IMG/VR virus record: IMGVR_UViG_3300021185_000405
Coordinates: 1 to 56,082 of that record
Direction: 5' to 3' (one strand)
Length of the DNA: 56,082 nucleotides
Source of the DNA: a virus
Lineage: Duplodnaviria; Caudoviricetes
The position numbers and the translations under genes are program-made. This document shows positions 1 through 13,248 of the stretch, one piece after another; position 1 is the first letter of the stretch; each line of letters starts with the position of its first letter. The notes under the pieces were generated by a model. That model saw only the letters and a program-made list of their open reading frames with translations. It had not been told where the DNA came from and did no database searches.

Positions 1-2179
1 AAAGACCTACTGCAGTGTTTATAGCACCTACTCCAGTTGTGCCATTATTAACTGTAGTTTCTAAGTTAGTTATTTTAGTAGAACTTGAACCAGACAAACC
101 TACAGCTGTAGATAGACTAGATATAGCTGTTGCATTAGAAGTTAAACGTGTGTCATCAACAGCTACCCAGGCACTACCGTTGTATCTATATTGTTTGTTA
201 TTATCATTAGTGTCAAACCACAAATCACCTGCGTTTACCCCTGTAGGTTGATCGTCTTGTGAATGTATGGCTATGCCAGAAGTATCGTTTACGGCCACCC
301 AGTTACTGCTACCAACCGCAGTTGCACGATACAACTTGTTGTTATCGTCTGTATCTATCCAAAGGTCGCCAATAGCTGTAGCAGCTGGTGCTGAAGTTCC
401 TACAAAGGTTGTTACTTTACCATCTGCTTTTGCATCTGCATCTGCAGCATCTTGTAGTGCAGCTGCAATTCCTGAATCTTGTGTTGCAACCCAAGAGCCC
501 GAACGTCGAGTATAAACTTTGTTACCATCGTTAGTGTCAAACCAGATGTCACCTTCACTTGCAGAACCTGGAGCATCATTTTGGTAAAAACTGTCAATCT
601 TACCATCTGCTGTTGATTGCGCTGTAGCTGCGTTTGCTATTGCTGTCCCGATAGAACCATCTTGGATAGTCACCCATGCGCTTCCGTTCCAGCGGTAAAG
701 TTTATTGCCATCATTGCTGTCAACCCAAAGATCATTTACAGCTACCGCAGTTGGAGCATCATCTTGTACAAAAGTTTGGTTCTTCGCGTCTACTTTAGAA
801 GTTAGAGCAGTAACAGAGGAGGTACTTGCTTTAGTTGCTATGTCATCATCATTAGATGTTATCTGTGTTTGTAATCCACTAATAGCATTAGCTACTCCAT
901 TCGTACCACCAAAACCATTTAACGCACTGTTTAAAGATGTAATAGAACTAGTTTGGTTAGTTATAGTACCTTCAGCAGATGTAAGTCTAGTGTTCAAACC
1001 GCTGACTGCAGTAGCTACAGTAGAGGTTCCAGAGTAACCAGACAAAGTACTTTCTAGTTCTGTAATATCTCCTGTGTGAGCAGTTATTGTTCCTTCTGCA
1101 GATGTTACCCTAGTTGTTAAAGCACCTATAGCAGAAGCATTTCCGCTTATATTATTATTAGCATTAGTTATAGAAGAATTTAAAGATGTAATATTTATTG
1201 AAGTTGATATATCTCCATTGTCACTAACACCCGCAACTAGTAATAAATCAGATGCGTTTTGAGATATGGCATTACCATTAGCGGTAATCTGCGTTTGTAG
1301 AGTTGTATCAGAGGAACTAGTAGACCCGGCCGTACTTGCTGCCCAGGTACTACCGGTGTACACGAATATCTCATTACCGTTGTCGGTGTCCATCCATATA
1401 TCACCAGCTTGCAAGCTACTGCTGTCATCTCTACTTGTAGGTGCAGAGGTTGACCTTATAACCCTAGGTGTACTTGTTGATAAACTATTAACTGAAGCTT
1501 GGGCGGCGGCAGCTGCAGAGTTTACAGTAGCTATAGTAGTCTGTAAGTTAGCAGTAGTAGAACCTAAAGTAATAGGTATAGTTGTGTTTAATGTAGAGAA
1601 ACCAGGTAGAGCACTTAACTCTTCTGAAAGAGCTTGCATTACTGCCCCAACATCAACTGCAGTAGTAGCAGCTACGCCTTCAGTAGCATTGTAAGGGCTT
1701 ACTACGTCTGCAATACTTACAAACCTAACCCAATAATAATAAGTAGCTCCATAACCTACTTCATCAGCATATACAAAAGCATTAGTAGTAGATATAAGAG
1801 TAGCGCCGCCAAGAGCATTTGCTTGCGATCTCCATATTTCTGTGTATGCGTGGTTCCCGTAACTAGCTTTGTCCCAAGTTAAAAGTATGCCAGTAAAAGC
1901 ACCACTTGCTTCTAGGTTAGTAGGTGCGGGTGGGGTGGTAAGATCTCCAGGCCCACCGTCATCTGGAGGAGATATGCCATTTTCTACACCAACAGCCTTG
2001 TTTCTTACCTTTACGATACCAGAATCAGATAATTCTCTAAGAGTTACAGCTCTATCTAAAGGATCACCACGTCTGCCTAATCTAACTTCTAATGCTTCTT
2101 TAATAGCATCGAGTGCTATCTTTAGTTCTCTGTCAGTTTTCGGAGGTATATTTTTTAAGCCTGGAAGTTTTGTAGTCAT
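1..2179 (-). CDS. Tail fibre / host-specificity protein (runs off the left edge, 3' partial)
   Basis: Not in the ORF track. ATG at 2179 overlaps the upstream stop (TAATG). Translates MTTKLPGLKNIPPKTDRELKIALDAIKEALEVRLGRRGDPLDRAVTLREL..., and the frame was open wherever checked. Contains repeated GD(L/I)WxD(T/S)xDxNKxY..W modules and Ser/Thr/Ala-rich coiled-coil-like stretches. Confidence 0.8.
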   Translation of the reverse strand, partial: MTTKLPGLKNIPPKTDRELKIALDAIKEALEVRLGRRGDPLDRAVTLRELSDSGIVKVRNKAVGVENGISPPDDGGPGDLTTPPAPTNLEASGAFTGILLTWDKASYGNHAYTEIWRSQANALGGATLISTTNAFVYADEVGYGATYYYWVRFVSIADVVSPYNATEGVAATTAVDVGAVMQALSEELSALPGFSTLNTTIPITLGSTTANLQTTIATVNSAAAAAQASVNSLSTSTPRVIRSTSAPTSRDDSSSLQAGDIWMDTDNGNEIFVYTGSTWAASTAGSTSSSDTTLQTQITANGNAISQNASDLLLVAGVSDNGDISTSINITSLNSSITNANNNISGNASAIGALTTRVTSAEGTITAHTGDITELESTLSGYSGTSTVATAVSGLNTRLTSAEGTITNQTSSITSLNSALNGFGGTNGVANAISGLQTQITSNDDDIATKASTSSVTALTSKVDAKNQTFVQDDAPTAVAVNDLWVDSNDGNKLYRWNGSAWVTIQDGSIGTAIANAATAQSTADGKIDSFYQNDAPGSASEGDIWFDTNDGNKVYTRRSGSWVATQDSGIAAALQDAADADAKADGKVTTFVGTSAPAATAIGDLWIDTDDNNKLYRATAVGSSNWVAVNDTSGIAIHSQDDQPTGVNAGDLWFDTNDNNKQYRYNGSAWVAVDDTRLTSNATAISSLSTAVGLSGSSSTKITNLETTVNNGTTGVGAINTAVGL

Positions 2180-4161
2180 TACACTTCCTTAAGCTCTACG
2201 ATTGACTCTCCTAAACAAACCTCGTTTACAATTTTCGCAGTCTCTATCTCAAAAGCAAAAGTTTTATGTACGCTTGCGGGCAACCGCACTGTAGGTTCGG
2301 GTATAGCTGTAGCACTAAAACTAGGAGTGGTACCCGTAATACTAAAAATACTACCGCTTGTAGATATAGTAGCGTTGTATATTACCGAGCCATCTCCGTA
2401 CACTTTTAATGTTACCGGGTATGCTTCTGCATCTACTTTTGCAAACCCCATACTAGTAGGCCTTGCCATTGGAAAGTCTTTACTCTTCCAATTGTACGTA
2501 AGGTTAGTAGAACTACCTTGAAACTTTTTAATTTTATTTCCTATTATTAAATACAGCTCGTTATCGTCAGGGTCAGTAAAACCGCCGCGTATTAACGCAC
2601 CTGCATCTAGATCTACAAGTGCGTTTGTTCCCTGTCGGGGGTCAAATATAAATCCACCAAAACCGGAGCCAGTGTTGTAAAACCCTACATACCTTCCTTG
2701 CCAGTAAAAACCTGTGATAGTAGAAGGGTAGTAGTTAGCTTGCCACTGTTCTGCAGTTATTATCGGCTCTGTTATATTTTGAGCTTGGGCACCAGAAACT
2801 GCAATAAGACCGTCTGGCCCTGCATATATCACTGTTTCGCCCATATCCACCATAGATCTTTTACTTAAACACGCTTCTGCTGTTTCTATTTTTATAGCAA
2901 TCATGGCTGAAGGGTCGCTACCCGTTACTAAGTAAGGAGTGCTTTCTGTTCCTACAATAAGGCCGTTAGAGGTGGCTTTTATACCTACTATTTTTTCTTC
3001 TATACCTAGCCTATAAGCAGCAGGCCAAGCGTGTGGTTGGTAAGCTTCACTAAAACATATTCTATTGCCCGTAAAACCAGCAAAAGTACCGTTACCTAAA
3101 GCTAGCAACCCTTTCATAGGCCCGTCTGGGTATAGAGCGCTGTCATCTGGTGGCGCAATCCAAGTGCTAGAAGGTATAACTTCAGCTAGTTCAGTGTTTT
3201 TTGATACATCTGTATAGGTCGTAGCAGACAATGCCAGCTCTGCTACAAATTGAAATTGCGTAGAATTAGAACCAGTGTTAGATCTGTATATTCTTTTCTT
3301 TGATAAGTTGGTATTACTAATACTTGTAGAAGTCTCTAGCGCAGATAGAGCTACGGTCATATTATCATCCGTGGTTATAACTGTAGAGGCGGGTGAAGGA
3401 GGTCCTTCTTCTCCGTACGCAGATACAAAAGTGTATACGTAGGAAGTTTCGTAATCTAACTCTGCGTCTGAATTACCACCAAGTGCTACACCGTTTGCTA
3501 CAGAGGCACTGTTACCCGTACCCGTTGCAGCAGCAGATAATTCTACTGTTAAAGTAGAAACACTAGGCACTGTCTTTATTTTATAATTACCGTTTATATC
3601 TGCAGCAGCTACTCCCTGCGTTGTAGAAAAACCTGTAAGTGTTATGTATTCACCTACAGAAGCACTATGTGCAGTGGCTGTGCCACTTGTAGAAGTAGTT
3701 ATTGTTATAGTAGAACTTTCATTTACAAATGCGATAACTCCATCAAACTGTGTTTGTCCTACTGGGGCTACCGTAGGAGCGGCTGTAGGAGCGGGAATAC
3801 CTAATCTGTAAGCAGAATTAGGATATACAGAACCGCCAATTATGTCAGAAGACCTACCCATTTTAGGAAAAGTTTGACCCGACCAATATAGCGTGTCATT
3901 GGTATCTCCTGGTATAGCACTACGCACGACATTTACATCTTCATCGAATTGTAGCCAACGTTCTGGATCATCTGTGTACTTAAAAACAGATTGCCTAGAA
4001 GAATTAGAAAGAGTAAGAGTATCAGAGTTATCTCTTATAGGTACTAAACGCCCACTTTCAAGATTTACGTCAGTAGCTGTTGTAGCTAACTCATCTTTTA
4101 ATAGACGGGGAGAAGCTTTAGGGGCAAGCCCTCCGAATGTGTTAAGTTTAATATAGGCCAT
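2179..4161 (-). CDS. Virion structural protein, probable tail nozzle/stabilisation protein
   Basis: 660 aa. N-terminus MAYIKLNTFGGLAPKASPRLL, YVYTFVSAYGEEGPPS and CFSEAYQPHAWP motifs resemble beta-propeller podophage tail proteins. Confidence 0.65.
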   Translation of the reverse strand: MAYIKLNTFGGLAPKASPRLLKDELATTATDVNLESGRLVPIRDNSDTLTLSNSSRQSVFKYTDDPERWLQFDEDVNVVRSAIPGDTNDTLYWSGQTFPKMGRSSDIIGGSVYPNSAYRLGIPAPTAAPTVAPVGQTQFDGVIAFVNESSTITITTSTSGTATAHSASVGEYITLTGFSTTQGVAAADINGNYKIKTVPSVSTLTVELSAAATGTGNSASVANGVALGGNSDAELDYETSYVYTFVSAYGEEGPPSPASTVITTDDNMTVALSALETSTSISNTNLSKKRIYRSNTGSNSTQFQFVAELALSATTYTDVSKNTELAEVIPSSTWIAPPDDSALYPDGPMKGLLALGNGTFAGFTGNRICFSEAYQPHAWPAAYRLGIEEKIVGIKATSNGLIVGTESTPYLVTGSDPSAMIAIKIETAEACLSKRSMVDMGETVIYAGPDGLIAVSGAQAQNITEPIITAEQWQANYYPSTITGFYWQGRYVGFYNTGSGFGGFIFDPRQGTNALVDLDAGALIRGGFTDPDDNELYLIIGNKIKKFQGSSTNLTYNWKSKDFPMARPTSMGFAKVDAEAYPVTLKVYGDGSVIYNATISTSGSIFSITGTTPSFSATAIPEPTVRLPASVHKTFAFEIETAKIVNEVCLGESIVELKEV

Positions 4162-4168
4162 TTTTTCA

Positions 4169-4621
4169 TTATACAGTATTCAGAACTGATTCTTGCAGTT
4201 CTCGACTCCTTCTTCCTACTTGGTTAAACCATCTGCTGTCTTCCATTTCAGCTGCCATTTGTTTCCAATCGTGTGCTCTACATGCTTTTAGCATGTTACG
4301 GAACTTAGAAAGTCTAGTCCCTCCTAAATTAAAGCACATATTAACTATAACATGTTGTATATTTTCGGGTAAATTATAAAAATCTTCTTCTGTACCAAAC
4401 ACGTGTATAGCCTCATCTACGTGCTTAGCAAAATCATCTTCATAATACAGATCAACAACTTCTTGTGATACTTTAGTACCCACTTCCCAATCGTATTCAG
4501 GATCATTGGGTTGACATAGGTGCCCAACACCTAGTGTTTTGTAGCCTAAACTATCTTTATATATCTCTAAGACTTCACCCTCGTGTCTTTTAATCTCTTC
4601 TTTTAGTTGTTCTACATTCAT
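4169..4621 (-). CDS. Lysozyme/endolysin (GH24, T4-lysozyme-like)
   Basis: HEG-x5-YKDSLGYKTLGVGH gives the catalytic E/D/T arrangement; also NMCFNLG and SRWFNQVGRR. Confidence 0.92.
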   Translation of the reverse strand: MNVEQLKEEIKRHEGEVLEIYKDSLGYKTLGVGHLCQPNDPEYDWEVGTKVSQEVVDLYYEDDFAKHVDEAIHVFGTEEDFYNLPENIQHVIVNMCFNLGGTRLSKFRNMLKACRAHDWKQMAAEMEDSRWFNQVGRRSRELQESVLNTV

Positions 4622-4866
4622 GGTGTTATTATCCTGTCGTCTACTGATTTAATCTTATCTTCTTTTAAAAAGACTTGCAGTTCCGTTACAGTTGTTTTTT
4701 GTGCTGCTTCTACTTTTCGTAAGTTAAAATCAGCGTCTTGCCATTCGCTTTGTAACCTAACTAACATGTTAAATTGCTGAGCTACTCGGTCAGTCATCTG
4801 GGTTATATCGTATTGTTTACCATCAAAGTTGATTAACTGTGGTAATTTGCTTTCGGCTTTAGCCAT
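4618..4866 (-). CDS. Small hypothetical protein (coiled-coil)
   Basis: Start re-assigned to MAKAESK at 4866, preceded by SD AAGGAGG; overlaps the lysozyme start. Confidence 0.65.
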   Translation of the reverse strand: MAKAESKLPQLINFDGKQYDITQMTDRVAQQFNMLVRLQSEWQDADFNLRKVEAAQKTTVTELQVFLKEDKIKSVDDRIITP

Positions 4867-4876
4867 AGGTACCTCC

Positions 4877-5059
4877 TTATAAAAAGCTAGAACCAATGAT
4901 AAGGACATACACGCCTATAATCATTGTTGTGAACTTAGTGTCCATACGGTCAAACTTAGCATCTCCTTTGTCTAAGCGTTTCTCTATAGCAGTGTATCGA
5001 ATATTACACTCTCTTTCGTGTGATTCAATTTTTGCCAATGTTTCTTTCACCGTAGCCAT
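4877..5059 (-). CDS. Small coiled-coil protein with C-terminal TM helix (possible holin/XhlA-like)
   Basis: 60 aa; hydrophobic C-terminus MIIGVYVLIIGSSFL; near the lysozyme. Confidence 0.55.
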   Translation of the reverse strand: MATVKETLAKIESHERECNIRYTAIEKRLDKGDAKFDRMDTKFTTMIIGVYVLIIGSSFL

Positions 5060-5079
5060 GTTGAAATTATATACTAAGT

Positions 5080-5814
5080 CTAGATAAACTCAATTGAATG
5101 AGTTCCGTTTCCAACAAAACTAATGGCGCTGCTGTAAACGCCTGCAAATCCATGGGAAGCAGTCCATATTCTAGAAGTACCACTAACACTAGAAGTCCAT
5201 CCAATGAGCGATGTCCCGTCAGACTGGTTATAATCTCCAGTAAAACCACCCCCACTTGGTAGAAGATTTCTTACTCTTATAGTACTCCAAGAATTTGCTG
5301 CCGGTGCGCTAGCTTGATACCCAACACCTCTTACTACAACAAACAATTGACCTCCTAAACTAAGGGCCTCTTGACCAATACCTTCAAGATAATAGGAAAA
5401 AGTAGAAGGGCTACCAAAGTTACCAACTCCTCGAAGGTCGGGTGTTCCTGACTGTGCGCCCAATTTCATATAACCCTGAGATGTAGAAGAGCCATCGTTC
5501 CTTACAACAGATGCCCCATGCGCAGTAAAAGCACCTGTTAGGGTTCTAGTAGCTGCGCCTTTAGTAGATCCGCTAGTATAACTACTTGAACCGCCTACAA
5601 CTCCTCCTGTATCATGTAAATCATCAAATCGTAAAGTTTGATTACCCCCATTAATACCAAGAGTATTGTTAGAGCCATTTGCCTGGGGAGGCATATGCCT
5701 GTAGTCAGTAAAAGATATATTAGAATTAGATTTAGCAGACACACCTTGGTTAGGTGTACGATAGACACTAGCTAATTCTGCCATATCTACATTTGTATCT
5801 TTAAACCAAGACAT
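5080..5814 (-). CDS. Gly/Ser-rich protein, probably virion/fibre-associated
   Basis: 244 aa, Gly/Ser/Thr-rich; TAATG-coupled to the upstream gene. Confidence 0.5.
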   Translation of the reverse strand: MSWFKDTNVDMAELASVYRTPNQGVSAKSNSNISFTDYRHMPPQANGSNNTLGINGGNQTLRFDDLHDTGGVVGGSSSYTSGSTKGAATRTLTGAFTAHGASVVRNDGSSTSQGYMKLGAQSGTPDLRGVGNFGSPSTFSYYLEGIGQEALSLGGQLFVVVRGVGYQASAPAANSWSTIRVRNLLPSGGGFTGDYNQSDGTSLIGWTSSVSGTSRIWTASHGFAGVYSSAISFVGNGTHSIEFI

Positions 5815-6446
5815 TAATAATATTCCATTTTATATTTTTCAAAAGTACAACTGTAATTATTTTTTACGTTCTCCCAAGTTTCACCTTCGGGAACGTTATA
5901 ACTTTGAGTAACTTCTCCTAAGTTTACCATGCTCCCCCAATTTTTTACATTTGACTCTTCTATATTACGAAAGTAGTTTATCCAAGACGTTAAGCTATCG
6001 TGTATAGGAGAACCTATATCTACGTAGGTGTACGCTACTGTAGCACCTAAAGACTTTTCTACTTCTCCTAAAACATTATGATACTCAGACACAAATAAAA
6101 AGTTTCTCGTACCATCTGCATCTGGCCTCATTAGGAAGTTACACAAATGGTATTCTCCGCCGTCATTAATAAACCCGATAAATAAACCTACAAGGTGATT
6201 GTTAACATAAGTACCTATAAGTACCCCGCCTGGTTGTAATAAATTTCCTAGGCAAACGTTGTACCAAAAATCTGTTTTTATATCTTCTGAAGCAGAAGCT
6301 ATTTCTTCTGGAGTGTAGTCTACTCCAGGATAAGCATAAGTACCTCTATTTATATACCCACTAGACTGTATATATAAATCTTTTAAAACACCTTCGTAGT
6401 AAAGAGTTGTTATGTCTTCTTCTGTAAGTGATGCGGCTTTGTACAT
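5814..6446 (-). CDS. Hypothetical protein
   Basis: Likely start MYKAASL at 6446, just after the stop of the PLOD-like gene; Tyr-rich and acidic. Confidence 0.6.
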   Translation of the reverse strand: MYKAASLTEEDITTLYYEGVLKDLYIQSSGYINRGTYAYPGVDYTPEEIASASEDIKTDFWYNVCLGNLLQPGGVLIGTYVNNHLVGLFIGFINDGGEYHLCNFLMRPDADGTRNFLFVSEYHNVLGEVEKSLGATVAYTYVDIGSPIHDSLTSWINYFRNIEESNVKNWGSMVNLGEVTQSYNVPEGETWENVKNNYSCTFEKYKMEYY

Positions 6447-6448
6447 TC

Positions 6449-8290
6449 CTACAGTATATCGCCTTTGTACCTTTGTGACCATATAGTAAGACTGTACTTA
6501 GTGCCTTCAATAAGTTCTACACATTCGTGTGGGTGTGTTACTTGTCCTGGGAATAAAAGCAGTTTACCTACAGGTATATCAGCATTGCTTATGCCTTGTC
6601 TAGGAAAAAATAACTCGCCACCTTTATAGTTTTTATTTAATTTTACTGAGCCAGTTACGTGCGAAGAGTCATGGTGTAATGCTAATTTAGTTTGTGAATT
6701 TGTAGAATACTTCAACATAAACGCATCTCTTACACCCTCTACAACCATAGGATTCCAATAAGGTTCTATTATAGGTTTGACATGTTTTTGCCAATGTTCT
6801 TCTAATTCTTGGTATAGGTTAAGTTCTTTTAGCCTTATCTCTTGTGCAGGGTAAGTATCGTTAGGCAAGCTTTTCCACTCTGCATTTTGCTCTGCTAGTT
6901 CTATAAGTCTTTGGCATTGATGTTCTGACATAAAATCTATCAGTATCATGTCTTTATCTATGACTTCATAGTCATGGGTAGGGGTATGAAACAAGTTGTA
7001 CTGCGGGTACATTTCTTTATAGATACGTTCAAAGTTATCTTTTGCAGAGTCATCTCCATTGCCGTGGTATATACAAGGACAACACGTTGTCTCTTGGTTA
7101 TGTAATTGTTTACCTAGCATAGTTATATTAGGCTCGTGACACTGAAATATATAAGCTTCTACGTCTAAGCCTATGTCATAAATGCCTTCTAAATATGCTT
7201 GTTGATAAAACAACTGATCGTCTTGGCGATCTGTTATAGAACCGTGGGTTAGTATTTTTTTTATTTCTCCTACTTCACCAATAAACGTACCAGAGTTAAG
7301 ATATCTATACCTAGTATGCACGGAAGGAAACTGATTACCTAAACTAGGATCGGGCCAACACACTTCTTCTGCAGAAAAAAGTACCTTATGTCCCATATCT
7401 AAATATCTTTCTTTGATTGTTTCTAATGAATCAGAATAAAAAACATCGTACGCATCTGTAAAGAGTAAAATATCCGTGTCCGGCAAATGTTGTATATGTT
7501 GTTTTAGTATATTTACTTTTTGACCACCACCTGGCCCTGTCATATCTGAGCCTCTCCAGTCAACACCTGCACCCCAGTTATCTATTTTTACACTGTGCTT
7601 ATCTGCAGAATCATATAGTTTTTTCATTTTGGTCACGTCTGTACCAATTGTTATTGCATGTATAGTCATATCTCTCCTATCATTACGTATGTCAGAAGGT
7701 AGTATATCAGTGCGGGCTTGGTTACAAGCATCTTCTTGTAAAGCCAACGCCATAAGACTGCCTTCCCTAATTTGTTCTGGTATGTACTCATCTACGGGTA
7801 TTATACCTTCTTGCATTATATTAGTACCCAAAAGCTTTTTTGCTCCTTTTGGTGCTATAACGTAAGCTGTAGTGTTGTAAGGGTACCAAGGTCTTTCTAA
7901 CCTATCCCCCATTTTTATAGTATTTTGAGGTTCGTTTTCATTACGTTGTAGGTATAACAAATCCCAATAGTCTATTGTATGGTCATAAAACTCTTCATCC
8001 CACTTATCTATATTTATAATTGCATCATCCTCTATTACATATATAGGCTCATCTAACTCTACGCACTTTTGCCACATGTTTCTATGTGATAAAAAACACG
8101 CTACTTCTGTAGGTACAATACCTCTTTTTTGAAAAGGGTCTATCCACCCAGGCCTTGTTTTGTACATAGATAAATCTTTATAGCCGTCTACTGCTTCTAC
8201 AAACGTGTAGTTTTTTAACGTTGGGTTTTTCTCTATAAAATGTTGTTTACGTTCAGGCCTACTTTTTAGATTAATTACAAACTTCTTCAT
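6449..8290 (-). CDS. Fused GT25 (COLGALT-like) glycosyltransferase + PLOD/LH3-like glycosyltransferase + lysyl-hydroxylase-like 2OG-Fe(II) dioxygenase
   Basis: aa 1-~200: VINLKSRPER, EAVDG, ACFLSH, EDDA, WDLLYL, PVDEYIP (GT25). aa ~208-425: GGGQKV, FTDAYDV, FSAEEVCWP, YLNSGTFIG, DDQLFY, HGNG (PLOD GT domain). aa ~440-613: HHDSS, GGELFF, FPGQVTHPHE (PLOD hydroxylase domain). Confidence 0.88.
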   Translation of the reverse strand: MKKFVINLKSRPERKQHFIEKNPTLKNYTFVEAVDGYKDLSMYKTRPGWIDPFQKRGIVPTEVACFLSHRNMWQKCVELDEPIYVIEDDAIINIDKWDEEFYDHTIDYWDLLYLQRNENEPQNTIKMGDRLERPWYPYNTTAYVIAPKGAKKLLGTNIMQEGIIPVDEYIPEQIREGSLMALALQEDACNQARTDILPSDIRNDRRDMTIHAITIGTDVTKMKKLYDSADKHSVKIDNWGAGVDWRGSDMTGPGGGQKVNILKQHIQHLPDTDILLFTDAYDVFYSDSLETIKERYLDMGHKVLFSAEEVCWPDPSLGNQFPSVHTRYRYLNSGTFIGEVGEIKKILTHGSITDRQDDQLFYQQAYLEGIYDIGLDVEAYIFQCHEPNITMLGKQLHNQETTCCPCIYHGNGDDSAKDNFERIYKEMYPQYNLFHTPTHDYEVIDKDMILIDFMSEHQCQRLIELAEQNAEWKSLPNDTYPAQEIRLKELNLYQELEEHWQKHVKPIIEPYWNPMVVEGVRDAFMLKYSTNSQTKLALHHDSSHVTGSVKLNKNYKGGELFFPRQGISNADIPVGKLLLFPGQVTHPHECVELIEGTKYSLTIWSQRYKGDIL

Positions 8291-8766
8291 TAGTTAAATT
8301 CCTTTGCTACTTCTACATCATAGTTCCAGGAGTTTATATTCATAGATACTCTTTCTCCACTTTGAATAGGTGTTACTTTGTGTTCTAGACCAGGACCAAA
8401 CATGACAAGTCTATTTGTCACTGGTGTTATACGCATGTTATTTTTAAATATAAGTTCGCCACCTACTAAATCTTTTACATGGGGGTAAAAAACTATAGAA
8501 CATATAGGAAAATGGCTTTGTCCTGTTTTAAAAAAAGTTTGTTCATCTCTGTCTTGGTGCCAATCTGGCATACCATTCCTATGAAACCAAATGTCATACC
8601 CTACTTGATTATCAAAGTTAAAGTAATTAGCTGCTGTATTTATAAGTCGCCTAGCAACTACGCCGTTATCGTGTTCTTCTTCTTTCTTAAAATAAGTGTG
8701 ATTGTTTTCGTTGTTTATAGTCTCTAAGGTCGTAGGGTAAAAGACTTTATCTACTATTATAATCAT
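8290..8766 (-). CDS. 2OG-Fe(II) oxygenase (prolyl-hydroxylase-like fold)
   Basis: WHQD...GGEL...HKVTP...GERVS supplies the HxD...H triad and the 2OG-binding Arg. Confidence 0.85.
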   Translation of the reverse strand: MIIIVDKVFYPTTLETINNENNHTYFKKEEEHDNGVVARRLINTAANYFNFDNQVGYDIWFHRNGMPDWHQDRDEQTFFKTGQSHFPICSIVFYPHVKDLVGGELIFKNNMRITPVTNRLVMFGPGLEHKVTPIQSGERVSMNINSWNYDVEVAKEFN

Positions 8767-9317
8767 CTAAACTTCGGTCCTTCTATCCAGGCTACTAAAG
8801 ATTTACGCACGCCACTAGTTACAGGCATAACCGTGTGTCGTATTGGAGAAGGAAAACAAAATACTGTACCGCGTTGTGCTAAAGCCTTGGGGTCGGGTTG
8901 TTCATACATAGGGTCTAAAAGAAATTGTCCTCCTTCATATTCTGTAGGGTCGCTAAGCTGTATTGTTACACTAATCTTTCTATCAAAAGAAGTATTACCT
9001 GCCCAAAAAGTATCATGGTGCCAGTCATAGTAGCCTTGGTCTGTACCATTATATATAGTGTATTGGATATCTTCTAAATAAGAAATGTCAAAACCAAAAG
9101 CTTGTCTATTAGCTCTAGTAGCAAACCCATATATGAGTTGATTTATCCACTCTATCTGTCCTGCCCACCTTACTTCAGATCTTCGTACGCTTGTGTTTAC
9201 ATCTCCACCATCGCCTACATTAGCTTTCATAGGCTGTAGCTTTTCACATTCTTCTATTATTTTGTTGCAAGTAGTAGGCTGTATGCCTCTTTCCCACATT
9301 TGCCAAATCGAATTCAT
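8763..9317 (-). CDS. 2OG-Fe(II) oxygenase (P4Hc/PKHD-like)
   Basis: YDWHHD, RKISVTIQLSDP.EYEGG, FPSPIRHTVMPVTSGVRKSLVAW. Confidence 0.9.
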   Translation of the reverse strand: MNSIWQMWERGIQPTTCNKIIEECEKLQPMKANVGDGGDVNTSVRRSEVRWAGQIEWINQLIYGFATRANRQAFGFDISYLEDIQYTIYNGTDQGYYDWHHDTFWAGNTSFDRKISVTIQLSDPTEYEGGQFLLDPMYEQPDPKALAQRGTVFCFPSPIRHTVMPVTSGVRKSLVAWIEGPKFR

Positions 9318-9331
9318 AACACCTCCTGTGT

Positions 9332-13231
<3,900 letters not shown>

Positions 13232-13248
13232 CTTACATCTCCTCTATA

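Noticed and set aside
15-2192. Plus-strand ORFs at the left end
   Set aside because: Antisense shadows of the minus-strand tail fibre gene that the ORF track missed because it runs off the edge.
8290-9317. Classical collagen prolyl 4-hydroxylation (Gly-X-Hyp)
   Set aside because: The adjacent collagen has Pro at X, not Y, so the canonical substrate is missing.
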